Notes: generated by a model not told the origin, from the letters alone. DNA of 64,000 nucleotides from Octopus sinensis (GCF_006345805.1 NC_043007.1:19902001-19966000), one strand, 5' to 3'; positions 1-13,198 are shown, counted from the first letter of the stretch. A program made the numbers and translations.

Positions 1-190
1 AACGAAACGCCATACGGTAGGTGTTCCGGGTTTTTTAGGTTCCAATTCTGGTGATGTCAATTTTGTGTCTCATCCTTCGTTATTTTCAACATCATCAACA
101 TCAACCCTGAACACCAATGTCTCCGGTTCTAAGACTCGCCGGCCGTTACCCGGTCCCTATAGCGTATAACTGAGCAAGATCACAAGATTC

Positions 191-589
191 GAATCATTTC
201 GGTTTGAACGGCAGTTTTTTTTAATAATTTCCACTTTTAAACTTCGTATACTGGTAGAATGTGTTTATAAAACATCTTTTTCTCTTGGCTTTATTGAGAA
301 AATTCTATAGTTTGTAAGATACTTGTAAGATATTTTCTTCAATTTCGGCAATTTCAACCAATCAATGACCGTCTATTGAGGTGAAAACATTCTGTGCCGT
401 ATGAATATGTCCCTCGTTTAAGAAACAGATTGGGTTTATTTACATTTGTGAAGAAAAAAATATATCCTTCCCCCACCCCTAACCCTAAAACAGATTGAAA
501 TGCAATAGATCGATACTAGGGTCATAATTATGGGTGACAATTTCATATGACACCGCTAGAAAAAATTGCCGGTCAAACCGAAAAGATCC
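191..589. mobile_element. MITE with ~28-bp TIRs (GGATC..CGGTTTGAACGGCAG), 8-bp TSD and internal CCCTAA telomere-like hexamers
   Basis: Exact TSD caagattc at 183-190 and 590-597; sister copy at 44335-44758. GG-start TIR plus 8-bp TSD is compatible with Merlin or hAT; superfamily not settled. Confidence 0.85.
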
Positions 590-1136
590 CAAGATTCCCC
601 CTGAACAGGGTGCTAGTTCGTTGCTGCTGGGTGGATTGAAGCAACTTGAAATAAAGTTTTTTTAGCCCCCAGAATGCTACGCGCCACCAATCTGGAAATC
701 GAAATCATGTCCATAGTGGTGCATTGACGATATTGTTAGAGTTTAGACAAAATACCTCGTTGTATATGTTCCGGTTCTTTTCCGGTCTTCACACAGGAGT
801 GGCAAATTGTACGGAAAACCACTTTTGTGTTCTTGCGCAAAAATTCCATGACAAATACACACAGCGCTTATAAAGGAAGCTATAAAGTCATTCGTCAAGA
901 ATAAACCAGCAATATACGGCATACAATTAGTTTCTGACCTGTATTACTATTATTATTATTATTATTATAATCATTATTTCTACAACTACTACTACTACTA
1001 TTATTACTGCCTTTTATCCTTTCGGGGTCGATAAATTAAGTACCAGTTACGCACTGGAGTCGATGTAATCGTCTTAATCCGTTTGTCTGTCCTTGTTTGT
1101 CCCCTCTGTGTTTAGCCCCTTGTGGGTAATAAAGAA

Positions 1137-1775
1137 ATATATTACTACTACTACTATTATTATTATTATTATTATTATTATTACTACTACTACTACTATT
1201 ATTATTATTGTTATTACTACTACTACTACTATTATTATTATTGTTGTTGTTATTACTACTACTACTACTATTATTATTATTGTTATTATTACTACTACTA
1301 CTATTATTATTATTGTTATTACTACTACTACTACTATTATTATTATTGTTATTGTTATTACTACTACTACTACTATTATTATTATTGTTGTTGTTATTAC
1401 TACTACTACTACTATTATTATTATTGTTATTACTACTACTACTACTATTATTATTATTGTTATTACTACTACTACTACTATTATTATTATTGTTGTTGTT
1501 GTTATTACTACTACTACTACTATTATTATTATTATTATTGTTATTACTACTACTACTACTACTACTACTATTATTATTATTATTGTTATTACTACTACTA
1601 TTACTACTACTATTACTACTACTACTGCTACTACTATTATTATTGTTATTACTACTACTACTATTATTATTATATTATTATTATCATTATTATTATTACT
1701 ACTACTACTACTACTACTATTATTACTATTATTATTATTTCTACTACTACTACTACTACTACTATTATTACATCT
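1137..1775. repeat. Compound trinucleotide microsatellite (ATT/ACT/GTT)n
   Basis: Direct inspection; source of the poly-Tyr/Leu/Thr ORFs. Confidence 0.97.
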
Positions 1776-2149
1776 AGCTAATTACCCACCGTTTAGGCAA
1801 ATTACACCCACATGACTAGGGCTATTAGAACAATTGCTGCTACAACTCCGTGCTACTATTTTAAGCCCCCTCTTTTTACTAATAACATTTATCGCCACAG
1901 ACAACACCTTATAATAAGCATTAGCTGATGTGATAACCAAGCCATCGCTCGACAAAACTATTTGCCATCTTTAAAAAGAAAAAAAGGGGTGGCAAGGACC
2001 CATCAGATCGCGGGACAGCACGTTGCGAAATAAATATAGATTTACAAAGACAATGTTGGTTCGACTTGTGCAACAATTCTTAATTGTTACAGCACCAATC
2101 CTCCTACCACCCCTATCTCTTATACTCCACCCGTTGCCCTTCGCTGTCG

Positions 2150-2863
2150 GTCAGAGTTACTTCCCTTCCTCACATCATGTTTTAATTGCCTTGCACTGAC
2201 TTTCACTCCACGCAGCCTCTCTCTCTCTTCCGTATACCCTCTGCTTAACCCTTCTTTTACCAATTAATCCTCCTCTTCACATACATTTTCCCCCCTTTCT
2301 CTCTTCTTCATATTTGCTTGTTTTCTCTCCTCACCGCTCCTGTTAACTCTTACCTTCTTTCCACTTCGCCTCCTACTTCTGTTTCTACTCCGTTTTTTTT
2401 CTTTCATTTCTTTCTCTTTTCGTTGTTACCCCTCTCTCTATATCTCTCACTCGTTATTCTTCCCTGCATTTTCTTACTCTCTATATTCTCTGCGCTTCTT
2501 CCGTTCTCTCTTCACCGTCCATATCTCCACTGTTTGTAATTCTACTTCGCCACTAACCTTTCATAAGCAAGCCCCTCCTTCAATCTTCCATCTCTCCCTC
2601 ACACGCTGTCTATTTTTATATATCTTTCAGCTACTTATTTTTCACATCCTTTCTTTATCTTTCACATATCATCTTCGACTCATTTCCCCCACATCTCTTC
2701 CCCGCAATCAACTATTTTCCTTCACACTCTCTCAATCTCTAACATTATCCTCACCCTCTCTATTTCTTACTCGCTTCTTCCTATATCCCTTTCATACGTC
2801 TGTCTTACTCTCTCTCCTCTACTTATTTTACCCACCTTCTTTTCCCCTCTCTCTTTCTCACTC

Positions 2864-2894
<31 letters not shown>

Positions 2895-2974
2895 TCACTC
2901 ACTCACTCTTACTCATCTTTTATTCTTTTCTTTCACTCCGTCTCTCATTCTCCTCCCTTCCTCTGTATGCCCAG
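2150..2974 (+). repeat. Long polypyrimidine (CT-rich) tract ending in a CAG immediately upstream of the Arpin ATG
   Basis: Direct inspection; (CT)n core near 2850-2900; ccag|accatcATG. Confidence 0.8.
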
Positions 2975-2980
2975 ACCATC

Positions 2981-3072
2981 ATGAGTCGTCTGTACGACAA
3001 CCAACCTCTACAGAATCTGGCTGTCAAAACCTACAGCTGGGGCAAATTATGGAATCCGACCCCATACAAAAG
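2981..3072 (+). CDS. ARPIN: Arpin coding exon 1 (MSRLYDNQPLQNLAVKTYSWGKLWNPTPYK + 2 nt)
   Basis: ATG in accatcATG context, donor AG|gtaacc; 92 nt, phase 2; resembles the vertebrate Arpin N-terminus (MSRIYHD...W.P) as recalled; joins exon 2 in frame (AG+T=Ser). Confidence 0.9.
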
Positions 3073-4272
3073 GTAACCCCATGTATTCTATATTCAACCT
3101 ACCTTTGACTCCACCCTTAACTACCCTGCAGTCCCCGTCACCACGTCAATTATTCTCTTCCTTGTCTCTCGCTGTCTCTATTACATTATATATTTACATG
3201 CATACACACACACACACATATCTGTGTTTGATATATATGTATATATATAATGTTACACACCCATTTCTTTATGTCACATAAATGCTACCACATATATAAT
3301 TATATACAAATATGTGTGTATTCATTTCAACCATTTCTATTTATTTACTATCATGCTCGTGTGTTGCGATCGTATAGACATAGAATGTTCGCATTTACAT
3401 ATATATATATATATATATATATGTCCCTTTTATTCCTTATATACGCTCGTGAGTTGTGGAAGGGGTTGTTGTAGACGCATGTTAGAATAAGAAACAAGTG
3501 TGAACAGGAAGCGATGTTGTTTGGGGAGGCGGGGTAGATATATTTTTTTTCATGTGGGTGGAGAAAATGTGCTTACAAAACAATGCAGATAATAAGGGTA
3601 TGTGGTGATTGTTTAACCACAGGCCAGCGCTGATCGAGAAGATTTATAAATAAAATCGTGCCAGTTACTGGATATTCTAGTTACTGTATACCAGGAACTA
3701 CAACATCTAAAGTGATTTTCTTTTTTTAAGATCATATGATTCGAAAAAAATTTAAGCTGCTATTTCTAACAAATCGAGCGACTGCATAGCGACTTCTACG
3801 CCGGTTCAGCATAATGATATGCGTGCATATATAATATGACATATATGGTGTTCGTATTTCTATATATGCACACACGCACGCTCACATACACACAAATATA
3901 TTTATACACACACACATTAATTAGTTATAAGATTCGTTAGAATCTAGGCCCAACACGTAGGAGGACAGAAATGGCTTGGTCCAATAACATAGGGTTCACT
4001 ATGAGGTAAGACACCCATGAAAGTATCGTGTTGTAGATATGTAAATAACAAATCCAGTTTAAACCTTCGAGCCAACTCGGGGCTGGTTCTAGATGCAGGG
4101 TAGGGATTCGAAAGAACACAGAAGGGGTTTTAAATTTTAAACCACATTCATGGCCTTTTATTATACATGAAAATTTAAGGAAAAATATACAGGGTAGGAA
4201 AAATTATAGAATTTTTTTCTACCAGTGCAGAAAATAGTCAATCGACTGTGTATATTATTCATATAAAATTAG

Positions 4273-4457
4273 TGTACATTTAAACACATAAGAGGTGCCT
4301 TGACAGGGCACCTAGCATACTAGAAAGACCAGTCAAAATCCAAACCACGGTTTGGGGTCCCTTCGAAATTACCCCTAATTGTGGTTTGGATTTTGACTGG
4401 TCTTTCTAGTATGCTAGGTGTCCTGTCAAGGCAACTTCTTATGTGTTTAAATGTACA
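4273..4457. repeat. Near-perfect inverted repeat (~76-bp arms, 32-nt loop)
   Basis: tgtacatttaaacacataag...caaaccac versus its reverse complement at 4381-4457, about 3 differences. Confidence 0.92.
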
Positions 4458-5889
4458 ATTTTACATAAACATATAAATGTATACACACACACACACACGC
4501 ACACATATACATATATATACATATATATACTGATGATGCTTTGCCTTGTATGGAAGCTCTTCTGAATCTATTACAATAGCAGAGACCTATCTGTATAACC
4601 TGTGGCTATCTCGGGGTCACAAGCACTTCATCTCTTTTCTTCTACACCTGAGTGGAACAGCAAAAACTGAATACATCTTTGATCCATTTTGCAGTCTGTT
4701 ATCAACCACAGCCATCTAGAACTAGTTTCAGCTGCTATGTCCATCTCCTAGTTGGCTTTCTTCAGTTGTCTGGGTTCCAGGCCAATCCTGTCCAAGAAAT
4801 AGCACACCAATAAAGCTGGACAGTTGCATCGGCCATCATCATCATCATTGTTCAACCGTGGTCGAGACAATGGAATTTACCATGCTATGCCAGACTTCAC
4901 AGTCCATCATGGCATTACGGAGGTCCTGTTGCTGGATGCCTGTATCCCTGGAGATTACATCAGGGTAGGAGAGTGTGCACCCTCTGGTATTGCGAGTAGA
5001 TGGCTTCCAGAGAAGAAGAGTAGAAATTATCTCATTTTCAGCTCTACAACAATGTCCAGCAAACTGGACTGTTCTACTTTTTTGTGCCATATATTTACTT
5101 CTATGTATAATTTTCCCTCACGGGCTATTCTTTACTGGCAAGCAATAATCTCGTATTGCTTTACTATTTTCATATATATATATATATATATTTATATTTA
5201 TGTGGCATGTAAAAGTCAGCCAGTACACACTGTAAATTTATTGACATTATCAAGAGTGTCTAGCTGTTGAACCTCACCAAAGCTGACATGGTGGCTCTTG
5301 ATGCATGTATATATATATATATATAATGTATGTATGTTTATATATATATATCACCGTGACCGACCAGGCTTTCAGATGTTGCTACACATCGCTGGTCACA
5401 ATGCATTTCGCATTGTTTTAGCCTTCAAATGACACCAACCCACTGGCTAAGCGAGCAGGCCAACAGAAGAAAGAGTGAGAGAAAGTTGTGGTGAAAGAGG
5501 TGTTTTCGCTCAATAAACACTCACAACACCTAACCACTGGGCCATTGCGCTTCCACCTCACACACACACACACATCAAGGTGTGTTGTTGTTGCTGAAGA
5601 ACCAATGGCAAACTCAGCAAATTCCACTAAATTCAGGCCACGACAGACAGAAAGGATGTTCTTGAAGCCAGGAATTTGAACTTATGGAGACAATATTTAC
5701 ATATCACCTGAGGAAACGCAAATTGCAGGGAAACGATTGCATAATCAAGTACCTGCACACCTGAAGAACTACGTTGTGTAGAAACAACTGTAGTGATTAA
5801 GAAATAAATGTCCAACCGTACCCCTTCTTGTCAACTCCAAATCTTTTCAATTATCTATTGACACCCAAGAGATGCCCAAATGCAAACCA

Positions 5890-6325
5890 GGAAGTATGTA
5901 TAATACCTATTTCTTTACTACCCACAAGGGGCTAAACACAGAGAGGACAAACAAGGACAAACAAACGAATTAAGTCGATTAAATCAACCCCAGTGCGTAA
6001 CTGGTACTTATTTAATCGACCCCAAAAGGATGAAAGGCAAAGTCGACCTCGGTGGAATTTGAACTCTGAACATAACGGCAGACGAAATACCTATTTCTTT
6101 ACTACCCACAAGGGGCTAAACACAGAGAGGACAAACAAGGACAAACAAATGGATTAAGTCGATTAAATCAACCCCAGTGCATAACTAGTACTTATCTAAT
6201 CGCCTCCTGAAAGGATGAAAGGCAAAGTCGACTTCGGCGGAATTTGAACTCAGAACGTAACGGTAGACGAAATACCGCTAAGCATTTCGTCCAGTGTGCT
6301 AACGTTTCTGCCAGCTCACCGCCTT
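5890..6325 (-). mobile_element. tRNA-derived SINE family B with internal partial duplication
   Basis: Reverse complement of the ggcgagctggcag...gagttcaaattccgcc...gcctttcatcctttcggggtcgataaa...aaagaaatagg family; 3' half present twice. Confidence 0.8.
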
Positions 6326-6736
6326 ACTATAGTATGTATGATACTATTTCTGGATAGCAAAGGGTGAAATCTGAAGGTGGACAAGCTTCATACTGTACTC
6401 TACTGCTTAACAGGATATACCATAAGTATATCATCATCATCATCATTTAACGTCCACTGTCCATGCTGGCATGGGTTAGATGGTTTGACCAGGGCTCACA
6501 AGCTGAAAGACCACGCCAGATTCCAGACATGGTTTTCTACAGCTGGATGCCCTTCCTAACACCAACTACTCTGAGGGTGTAATGGGTGCTTTTAGGTGCC
6601 ACTGGCAGAAATGCCATTTGCATGACACCAGTATCTGCCATGACTAATTTTGCTCAGTTTGATGGGTCTTCTTCTCAAGCATAACATAATGCCAAATGTC
6701 TCGGTCGTTGCATCCATGAGGCCATATATATATATA

Positions 6737-6785
6737 TGAGGGGTTCTGAAAAGTTCCTGGCTTTGTGTAAAAGAAGAAGACAGGA

Positions 6786-6843
<58 letters not shown>

Positions 6844-6847
6844 ATAT

Positions 6848-6886
<39 letters not shown>

Positions 6887-6937
6887 CCTCCTGTCTTCTT
6901 CTTTTATACAAAGCCAGGAACTTTTCAGAACCCCTCA
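6737..6937. mobile_element. Mariner-like fold-back MITE: ~52-bp TIRs around a (TA)n core
   Basis: TA|tgaggggttctgaaaagttcctggc... and ...gccaggaacttttcagaacccctca|TA. Confidence 0.85.
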
Positions 6938-7422
6938 TAGACTCTGTGTGTGTGTGTACACGTATGCGTGTGTCTATATTTATATATATATATATGTATG
7001 TATGTAAGTATGTGTCTGTATATATATGTTTATCTCTTTTAACCAGTATTTTAATTTTTATACTGGTAAAAAAAAAGATAAGCATCCTTCTGTTGAATAT
7101 CCATTGATGTTGTATCGCCTGAAGAAATGAATCCATGAAAATGATCAACTGGATGGCCATGGATACTACGACTACACTATATATATATATATCCCTCTCT
7201 CTCTTTCGGAGAGGCACTGAGCAGCTATACGCACACATACACACACACGGCAGTAACTTCCACCTACCGAATTCAATCACAAAGCTTCGGTCGACTCGGG
7301 GCTATAGCGGAAGACACTTGCCCAAAGTGCCACGCAGTGGGACTGAACCCGAAACCATGTAGCTGGGAAGCAAGCTCCCTAACCACACAGCCATGCCATA
7401 TATATATATATATATATATACT

Positions 7423-7815
7423 CTTTACTCTCTTTTACTTGTTTCAGTCATTTGACTGCGGCCATGCTGGAGCACCGCCTTTTAATCGAGCAACTTGATC
7501 CCGGGACTTATTCTTTGTAAGCCCAGTACTTATTCTATCGGTCTCTTTTGCCGAACCGCTAAGTGACGGGGGACATAAACACACCAGCATCGGTTGTCAA
7601 GCGATGTTGGGGGGGACAAACATAGACACACAAACATACATACACACACACATATACATATACATATATACGACGGGCTTCTTTCAGTTTCCGTCTACCA
7701 AATCCACTCACAAGGCTTTGGTCGGCCCAAGGCTATAGTAGAAGACACTTGCCCAAGGTGCCACGCAGTGGGACTGAACCTGGAACCAAGCTACTTACCA
7801 CACAGCCACTCCTGC
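7423..7815 (-). mobile_element. SINE family A (tRNA head + CORE-like CCTTGGGCAAG + CR1-type tail)
   Basis: One of at least 15 copies; also at about 12434-12840, 17845-18252, 24527-24920, 31848-32460, 37190-37855, 51170-51557. Confidence 0.85.
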
Positions 7816-8393
7816 ACCTCATTATATATATATAATGATGAGCTTCTTTCAGTTTCTATGAAATTCACTCACCAGGCTTTGGTCACCCCAAGGCTACGGT
7901 AAAGGACACTTGCCCAAGGGGGCCATGCAGTGGGACTGAACCAAGAACCATGTGGTTGGGAAGCAAGAGTCTTACCATGCAGTTACACCGGCACCTATAG
8001 CTTCTTACCATACAGCCATGCCTGTACTTCTATAAATCTTTTATTAAACATATAAAACTGTAGACATTTAGATTAGAAAATTAGCAGCAGCAAGCTTGCT
8101 ACGGTCAATGAAATTCTGTCTTGAATAAACTAACAATTGAGAGTGTGTTGTGAGAGAGGCCAAATAGCAAAAGCAGGAATAATCTGTAATATAGTCTGTG
8201 TTATGTTATGGTTGGCTGAGAAATGATGAGATATCGCAGTAGAAGAGACCAAAACCTTCATGGCAGGCATACAAACATGGCCAATTTCTCTGTGGATTAG
8301 GAAATAAATGAACAACCTTAAATGATTTTCAAACTTTGTTGGGGCTTCATCAGAGAAACAAGTAACCCATTTGTTTATTTACGCATTATTTAT

Positions 8394-8816
8394 GCGCAGG
8401 AGTGGCTGTGTGGTAAGTAGCTTGTCTACCAACCACATGGTTCCGGGTTCAGTCCCACTGCGTGGCAACTTGGGCAAGTGTCTTCTATTATAGCCTCGGG
8501 CCAACCAAAGCCTTGTGAGTGGATTTGGTAGACGGAAACTGAAAGAAGCCCGTCGTATATATGTATATATATATATGTATGCGTGTGTGTGTTTGTGTGT
8601 CTGTGTTTGTCCCCCTAGCATTGCTTGACAACCGATGCTGGTGTGTTTATGTCCCCGTTACTTAGCGGTTCAGCAAAAGAGACCGATAGAATAAATACTG
8701 GGCTTACAAAAGAATAAGTCCCGGGGTCAAGTTGCTCGATTAAAGGCGGTGCTCCAGCATGGCTGCAGTCAAATGACTGAAACAAGTAAAAGAGTATAAA
8801 AGAGAAAAGAGTATAA
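8394..8816 (+). mobile_element. SINE family A, full length
   Basis: A-box-like TGGCTGTGTGG, B-box-like GGTTCAGTCC, ACTTGGGCAAGTG core, internal (TA)(TG) microsatellite, tail ggcggtgctccagcatggc.gcagtcaaatgactgaaacaagtaaaagag. Confidence 0.9.
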
Positions 8817-8879
8817 ATCCAATCACGTCAGAAAACTGGACCAACTAATTTGAATGTTATAAGTGTCACCAACAATGAC

Positions 8880-9518
8880 TGGTGACCGTGACCTTTGGAG
8901 ACATGCTGTGCTTGAGAAGACCCGGCAAGCCTAGTGAGACTGTAGCCAAGGCTGATGCCAGTATCGCATGACCAGACCATTTAAAAGTACCCTTCAATCA
9001 TCAGGTAATGTTGTGGTTGAAAAGACCTGTTGAGTCAAGTGAAATCGTTGTTGCAGCCAATATCAGTGCTGCCTGACTGGTAGCTATGCCATGGCATGTA
9101 AAAAGTACTATCTGAACATGGCTGGTGCCAGTGGCATGTGAAAGGCATCGTCCGAGTGTGGTCGATGCCAGTGCCGCCAGACTGGCTCCCATACCGGTGG
9201 CACGTAAAAAGCACCATTCAAGCATGGTCAGTGCCAGTGCCGCCAGACTGGCTCCCATACCGGTGGCACGTAAAAAGCACCATTCAAGCATGGTCGATGC
9301 CAGTGCCATCTGGCTGGCCCCCATGTCGGTGGCTTGTAAAAAGCACGCATTACACTCTCGGAGTGGTTGGCATTAGGAAGGGCATCCCCAGCTGCAGAAA
9401 CATTGCCAGATCAGATTGGAGCCTGATGCAGCCTCCTGGCTTGCCAGTCCTCATTCAAACTTTCCAGCCCATGCCAGCATAGAAAGCAGACATTAAATGA
9501 TGATGACGATGATGATGA
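8880..9518 (+). mobile_element. 5'-truncated RTE-type LINE 3' UTR with internal tandem subrepeats and (GAT)n tail
   Basis: Matches the 3' end of the LINE at 20373-22899; other copies at about 6420-6725, 25700-25997, 35340-35705, 50512-50830, 54464-54700, 55443-55835, 63273-63730. Confidence 0.8.
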
Positions 9519-10199
9519 AGTATTCGACAGTTTATTTAATACCAGTGCCCTGCCGATGGGGATCTCAGTTCACGCAGTAAAAATGTATGATGTAGAAATA
9601 GAAACTGAAGATTTAAGTATTTTTTTCGTGGATTGTAAAATGATGAACAACCTTAATCAATTTTCAAAGTTTATTGGATTCAAAACCAATGGTGTCTGCA
9701 TCAATTTGGCCAACACCAGAGAAATAAGTGACCAGTCTGCAGCAAACAACGAATCCAGTAGCATCAGAGATATGCAGCAACTAATTGGCATTTGATAAGT
9801 GGTCAACATTTTATTTAGTATGAACAGCGTCTTGACAAGAATCCCATTTCACAGGGTGTGACAAGTTCAAACGGAAGCTAATGTCCAACCACTTGGAATT
9901 AAGTACTCAAGGATATGAGTGGATAAAATGTGGATAAAATGAACAAAATATTTAATCCATAATCAGATTAACGATATGTTAAATGATGATGTACATATAT
10001 ATAAACATGTACACATGTGTGTGTGTGATGAGGATGAGGATGTATATACATGTGCAGATAAATGTGTGTTAGGTATATTCAGCCAGGAGAGAAGGAGAAA
10101 AGAATTTTGTCAATACATATATATAAACATGTACACATGCATATATATGTGTGTGACTCTGTGTGTGTGTGTGTGATGAGGATGTATATGTGTGTGCAG

Positions 10200-12430
10200 A
10201 TAAATGTGTGCTAGGTATATTCAGCCAGGAGAGAAAGAGAAGAGAAGTTTGTCAATGTTCTATGATGTGAGGACTAAAGACTTAAAGTGTTTCAGATTGC
10301 AAGACAGTTTGGGAGAAGGAAATCAGGATGTCATAGGAGAGAAATGTGCCCGCATGGGTGATGCTTCTCTTGTATTTAATGATTCTGCGAAGAAAGAGGC
10401 TTGGAAACACCATTATGAAAGGCTCCGAAATGTGGAGAATGAGAGTTTGTCAGATGTTGATGCAACTGAGGGACCAGCTATATGAATCAACAGCAGCTTG
10501 GTAGATTAAAGCAATTAAGGATATGAAGACAGGGAAAGCCCCCAGCCCATCAGGAATCACCGCTGTGATGCTTAAAATATCTGGTGAAGTAGGATACATT
10601 CTAGTCACCCGTATAGTAAATCTGGTTGTCCATGAGAGAGTCATAACTAACAATTGATGTAGCAGCATTATAGTCAACTGCCAAAAAAGGCAGTGAGCTG
10701 GCAGAATCGTTAGCACGCCGGGCAAAATGCTTAGCAGTATTTCGTCTGTCGTTACGTTCCGAGTTCAAATTCCGCCAAGGTCAGCTTTGCCTTTCATCCT
10801 TTCGGGGTCGATAAATAAAGTACCAGTTTCGCACTGGGGTCGATGTAATCGACTTAATCCCTTTGTCTGTCCTTGTTTGTCCCCTCTATGCTTAGCCCCT
10901 TGTGGGTAGTAAAGAAATAATTATAGTCAACTGCCACAAAGGCAAAAGTGATGCCTTAGGCAGAAATAATTACGGAGGCATCAAATTGTTGGACCAGGTG
11001 ATGAAAGTCACAGAAAGGGTCATAACTCGATAAATTAGGGAGATAGTGTAGATGAGATGAAGTTGGATTTGTGCCAGGTAGGAGCATGACTGATGCTATA
11101 TTCCTGGTTAAGCAACTGCAGAAGTATTTAGCCAAAAATAAACCTCTGTACCTGGCTTTTGTCAACATGGAGAAAGCCTTTGACAGGGTCCCCTGCTCTC
11201 TTATCTGGTGGTCAATGCAGAAACTAGGGATAGATGAGTGGTTACTGAGAGTGGTACAAGCCATGTACAAGGATGCTGTCAGTGAGGTGAAGGTTGGCAA
11301 CGAGTATAGCAATGAATTCCATGTACTTGTAGCAGTTCACCAAGGTTCCGTTCTCAGTCTCCTCCTGTTTATCCTAGTCCTCCAGGCCTTAACAAAGTAA
11401 TCCAAAACTGGCTGACCCTGAGAGCTCCTCTTCACTGATGATCTCGTTCTTATAGCTGAATAAATACCTGATCTGGAAAATAAATTTCAGGTGTGGAAAC
11501 AAGGTCTGGAATCTAAGGACCTTAGGGTTAATTTAGCAAAAATCAAAGTCCTAGTAGGTAGGAAAACTGACAAATGACAAATCCTTTCTGGAAGACGGTC
11601 CTGCTCAATATGTAAGAAGGGTTTTGGTAGAAACTCCATGTGCTGTATCCAGTGCATGCTTTGGACACATAAGAGGTGCAGTGATATAAAAGGAAGATTC
11701 AGCACTAAAAATACACAAACTCCCTTAAAATGCCCAGGTAGATCATTAGAAGTAGTATTTAGTTTCTGTTACCTAGGGAACCAAGTTAGCAGTGGAGGAG
11801 AGAGTTCTGAAAGTGTAGTTACTAGGATGAGAATGGGCTGGGCGAAGTTCAAAGATCTTCTATCTTTGTTGGTAAATAAGGGCTTCTCCCTTGAAGTGAA
11901 AGGCAGATCGTATGATGCCTGTGTATGTACAGCTATGTTACATGGCAGTGAAACATAGGATATGGCTACAGAGGAGTTGTGAAGGCTTGAAAGAAATGAA
12001 GCTAGCATACTCTGTTGGATGGGTGATGTCAGTGTGCATGTGTGACCGAGTGTGAATGATTTAAGTGGAAAACTGGGTATAAGAGGCATCAGATGCTGTG
12101 TGCAAGAAAGAGGACTCCGCTGGTTTGGTCATGCGATGTGTATGGATGAGGACATCTGTGTACAGAAGTGCTGAGTTCTAACTGTGGAGGGTATTTGTGG
12201 AAGGGGTAGACCCAAGAAGACCTGTGCTGATGCTGTGTAAACACACCCATGACAGTGCCACATAAAAAGCACCCAGCACACTCTGTAAAGTGGTTGGCAT
12301 TAGGAAGGGCATCCAACCCTAGAAACAATACCACAACAGACAGTTGGGGTCTGGACAGATTCCTGCTAGCCAGCTCCATGTCAAACTGACCAACACATGC
12401 CCGTTTAAGTGGACATTAAACGATGATAAT
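10200..12430 (+). mobile_element. Degenerate RTE-group LINE (RT fragments), interrupted by a SINE B
   Basis: Frames give PGRSMTDAIF..KQLQ.KYLAKNKPLYLAFVNMEKAFDRVP, VHQGSVLS.LLF and FCYLG..V; many stops and frameshifts. Confidence 0.88.
10693..10920 (+). mobile_element. SINE family B inserted into the RTE LINE
   Basis: Flanked by a ~25-bp duplication attatagtcaactgcc.aaaggca (10667-10692 / 10920-10944). Confidence 0.88.
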
Positions 12431-13167
12431 ATATACTCTTTTTACTCTCTTTACTCTTTTACTTGTTTCAGTCATTTGACTGCGGCCATGCTGGAGCACC
12501 GCCTTTAGTCGAGCAAATCGACCCCGGGACTTATTCTTTGTAAGCCCAGTACTTATTCTATCAATCTCTTTTGCCGGGGACGTAAACACACCAGCATTGG
12601 TTGTCAAGCAATGCTAGGGGGACAAACACAGACACACAAACATATACACACACACTCATATATATATACATATATACGACAGGCTTCTTTCAGTTTCCGT
12701 CTACCAAATCCACTCACAAGGCATTGGTCGGCCCGGGGCTATAGCAGAAGACACTTGCCCAAGATGCCACGCAGTGGGACTGAACCCGGAACTATGTGGT
12801 TGGTAAACAAGCTACTTACCACACAGCCACCCCTGTGCCTATATGTCTTTTACTGTTTTTACCATCTTGTTTTGTTCTCACTGTCCTGTTCTTGTTACCA
12901 CTTTTACCCCTCCGCAAAAAATCCCAAATTTCATTTAATTTGCTTTGCGGGAAGGACTGTTTCAATGTAGTCGCGTCTTGTCCTTACCTTCGAAACGCGG
13001 AGTAGACAAAACAGGGGCAACTGAAGAAGGGGAATATTCCTTGTGTTGTATGTCTTGTACTCTGTTTTTTCGTTGTTTGAAAAAAAGTTCGTTTCCATGT
13101 TTTTATTTTTATGTTTTCGCTTCTCATTGTGTTCAACGTTTTTTTGATGTCTTGTACCCATATATGC

Positions 13168-13198
<31 letters not shown>

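Noticed and set aside
70-849. Possible minus-strand exons near the window start (849-756 MEFLRKNTKVV...; 156-70 GPGNGRRVLEP...*)
   Set aside because: Phases do not join (phase 1 donor versus phase 0 frame), splice signals are weak and I recognise no homology.
1093-1815. Long poly-Tyr/Leu/Thr/Ile ORFs
   Set aside because: Translations of a stop-free trinucleotide microsatellite; no coding signal.
4273-4457. Hairpins as miRNA precursors
   Set aside because: Arms are too long and too perfect and appear repeat-derived; no conserved miRNA seed recognised.
8379-8621. Recurrent ORFs such as MLGGQTQTHKH...RLPNPLTR and MTTDAGVF... at many loci
   Set aside because: Antisense or sense translations of SINE A copies, not a gene family.
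12940-13050. Hammerhead-like remnants (…GAAACGCG…CTGAAGA…), related repeat at 55150-55430
   Set aside because: Core elements are mutated or in the wrong order; no foldable ribozyme in these copies.
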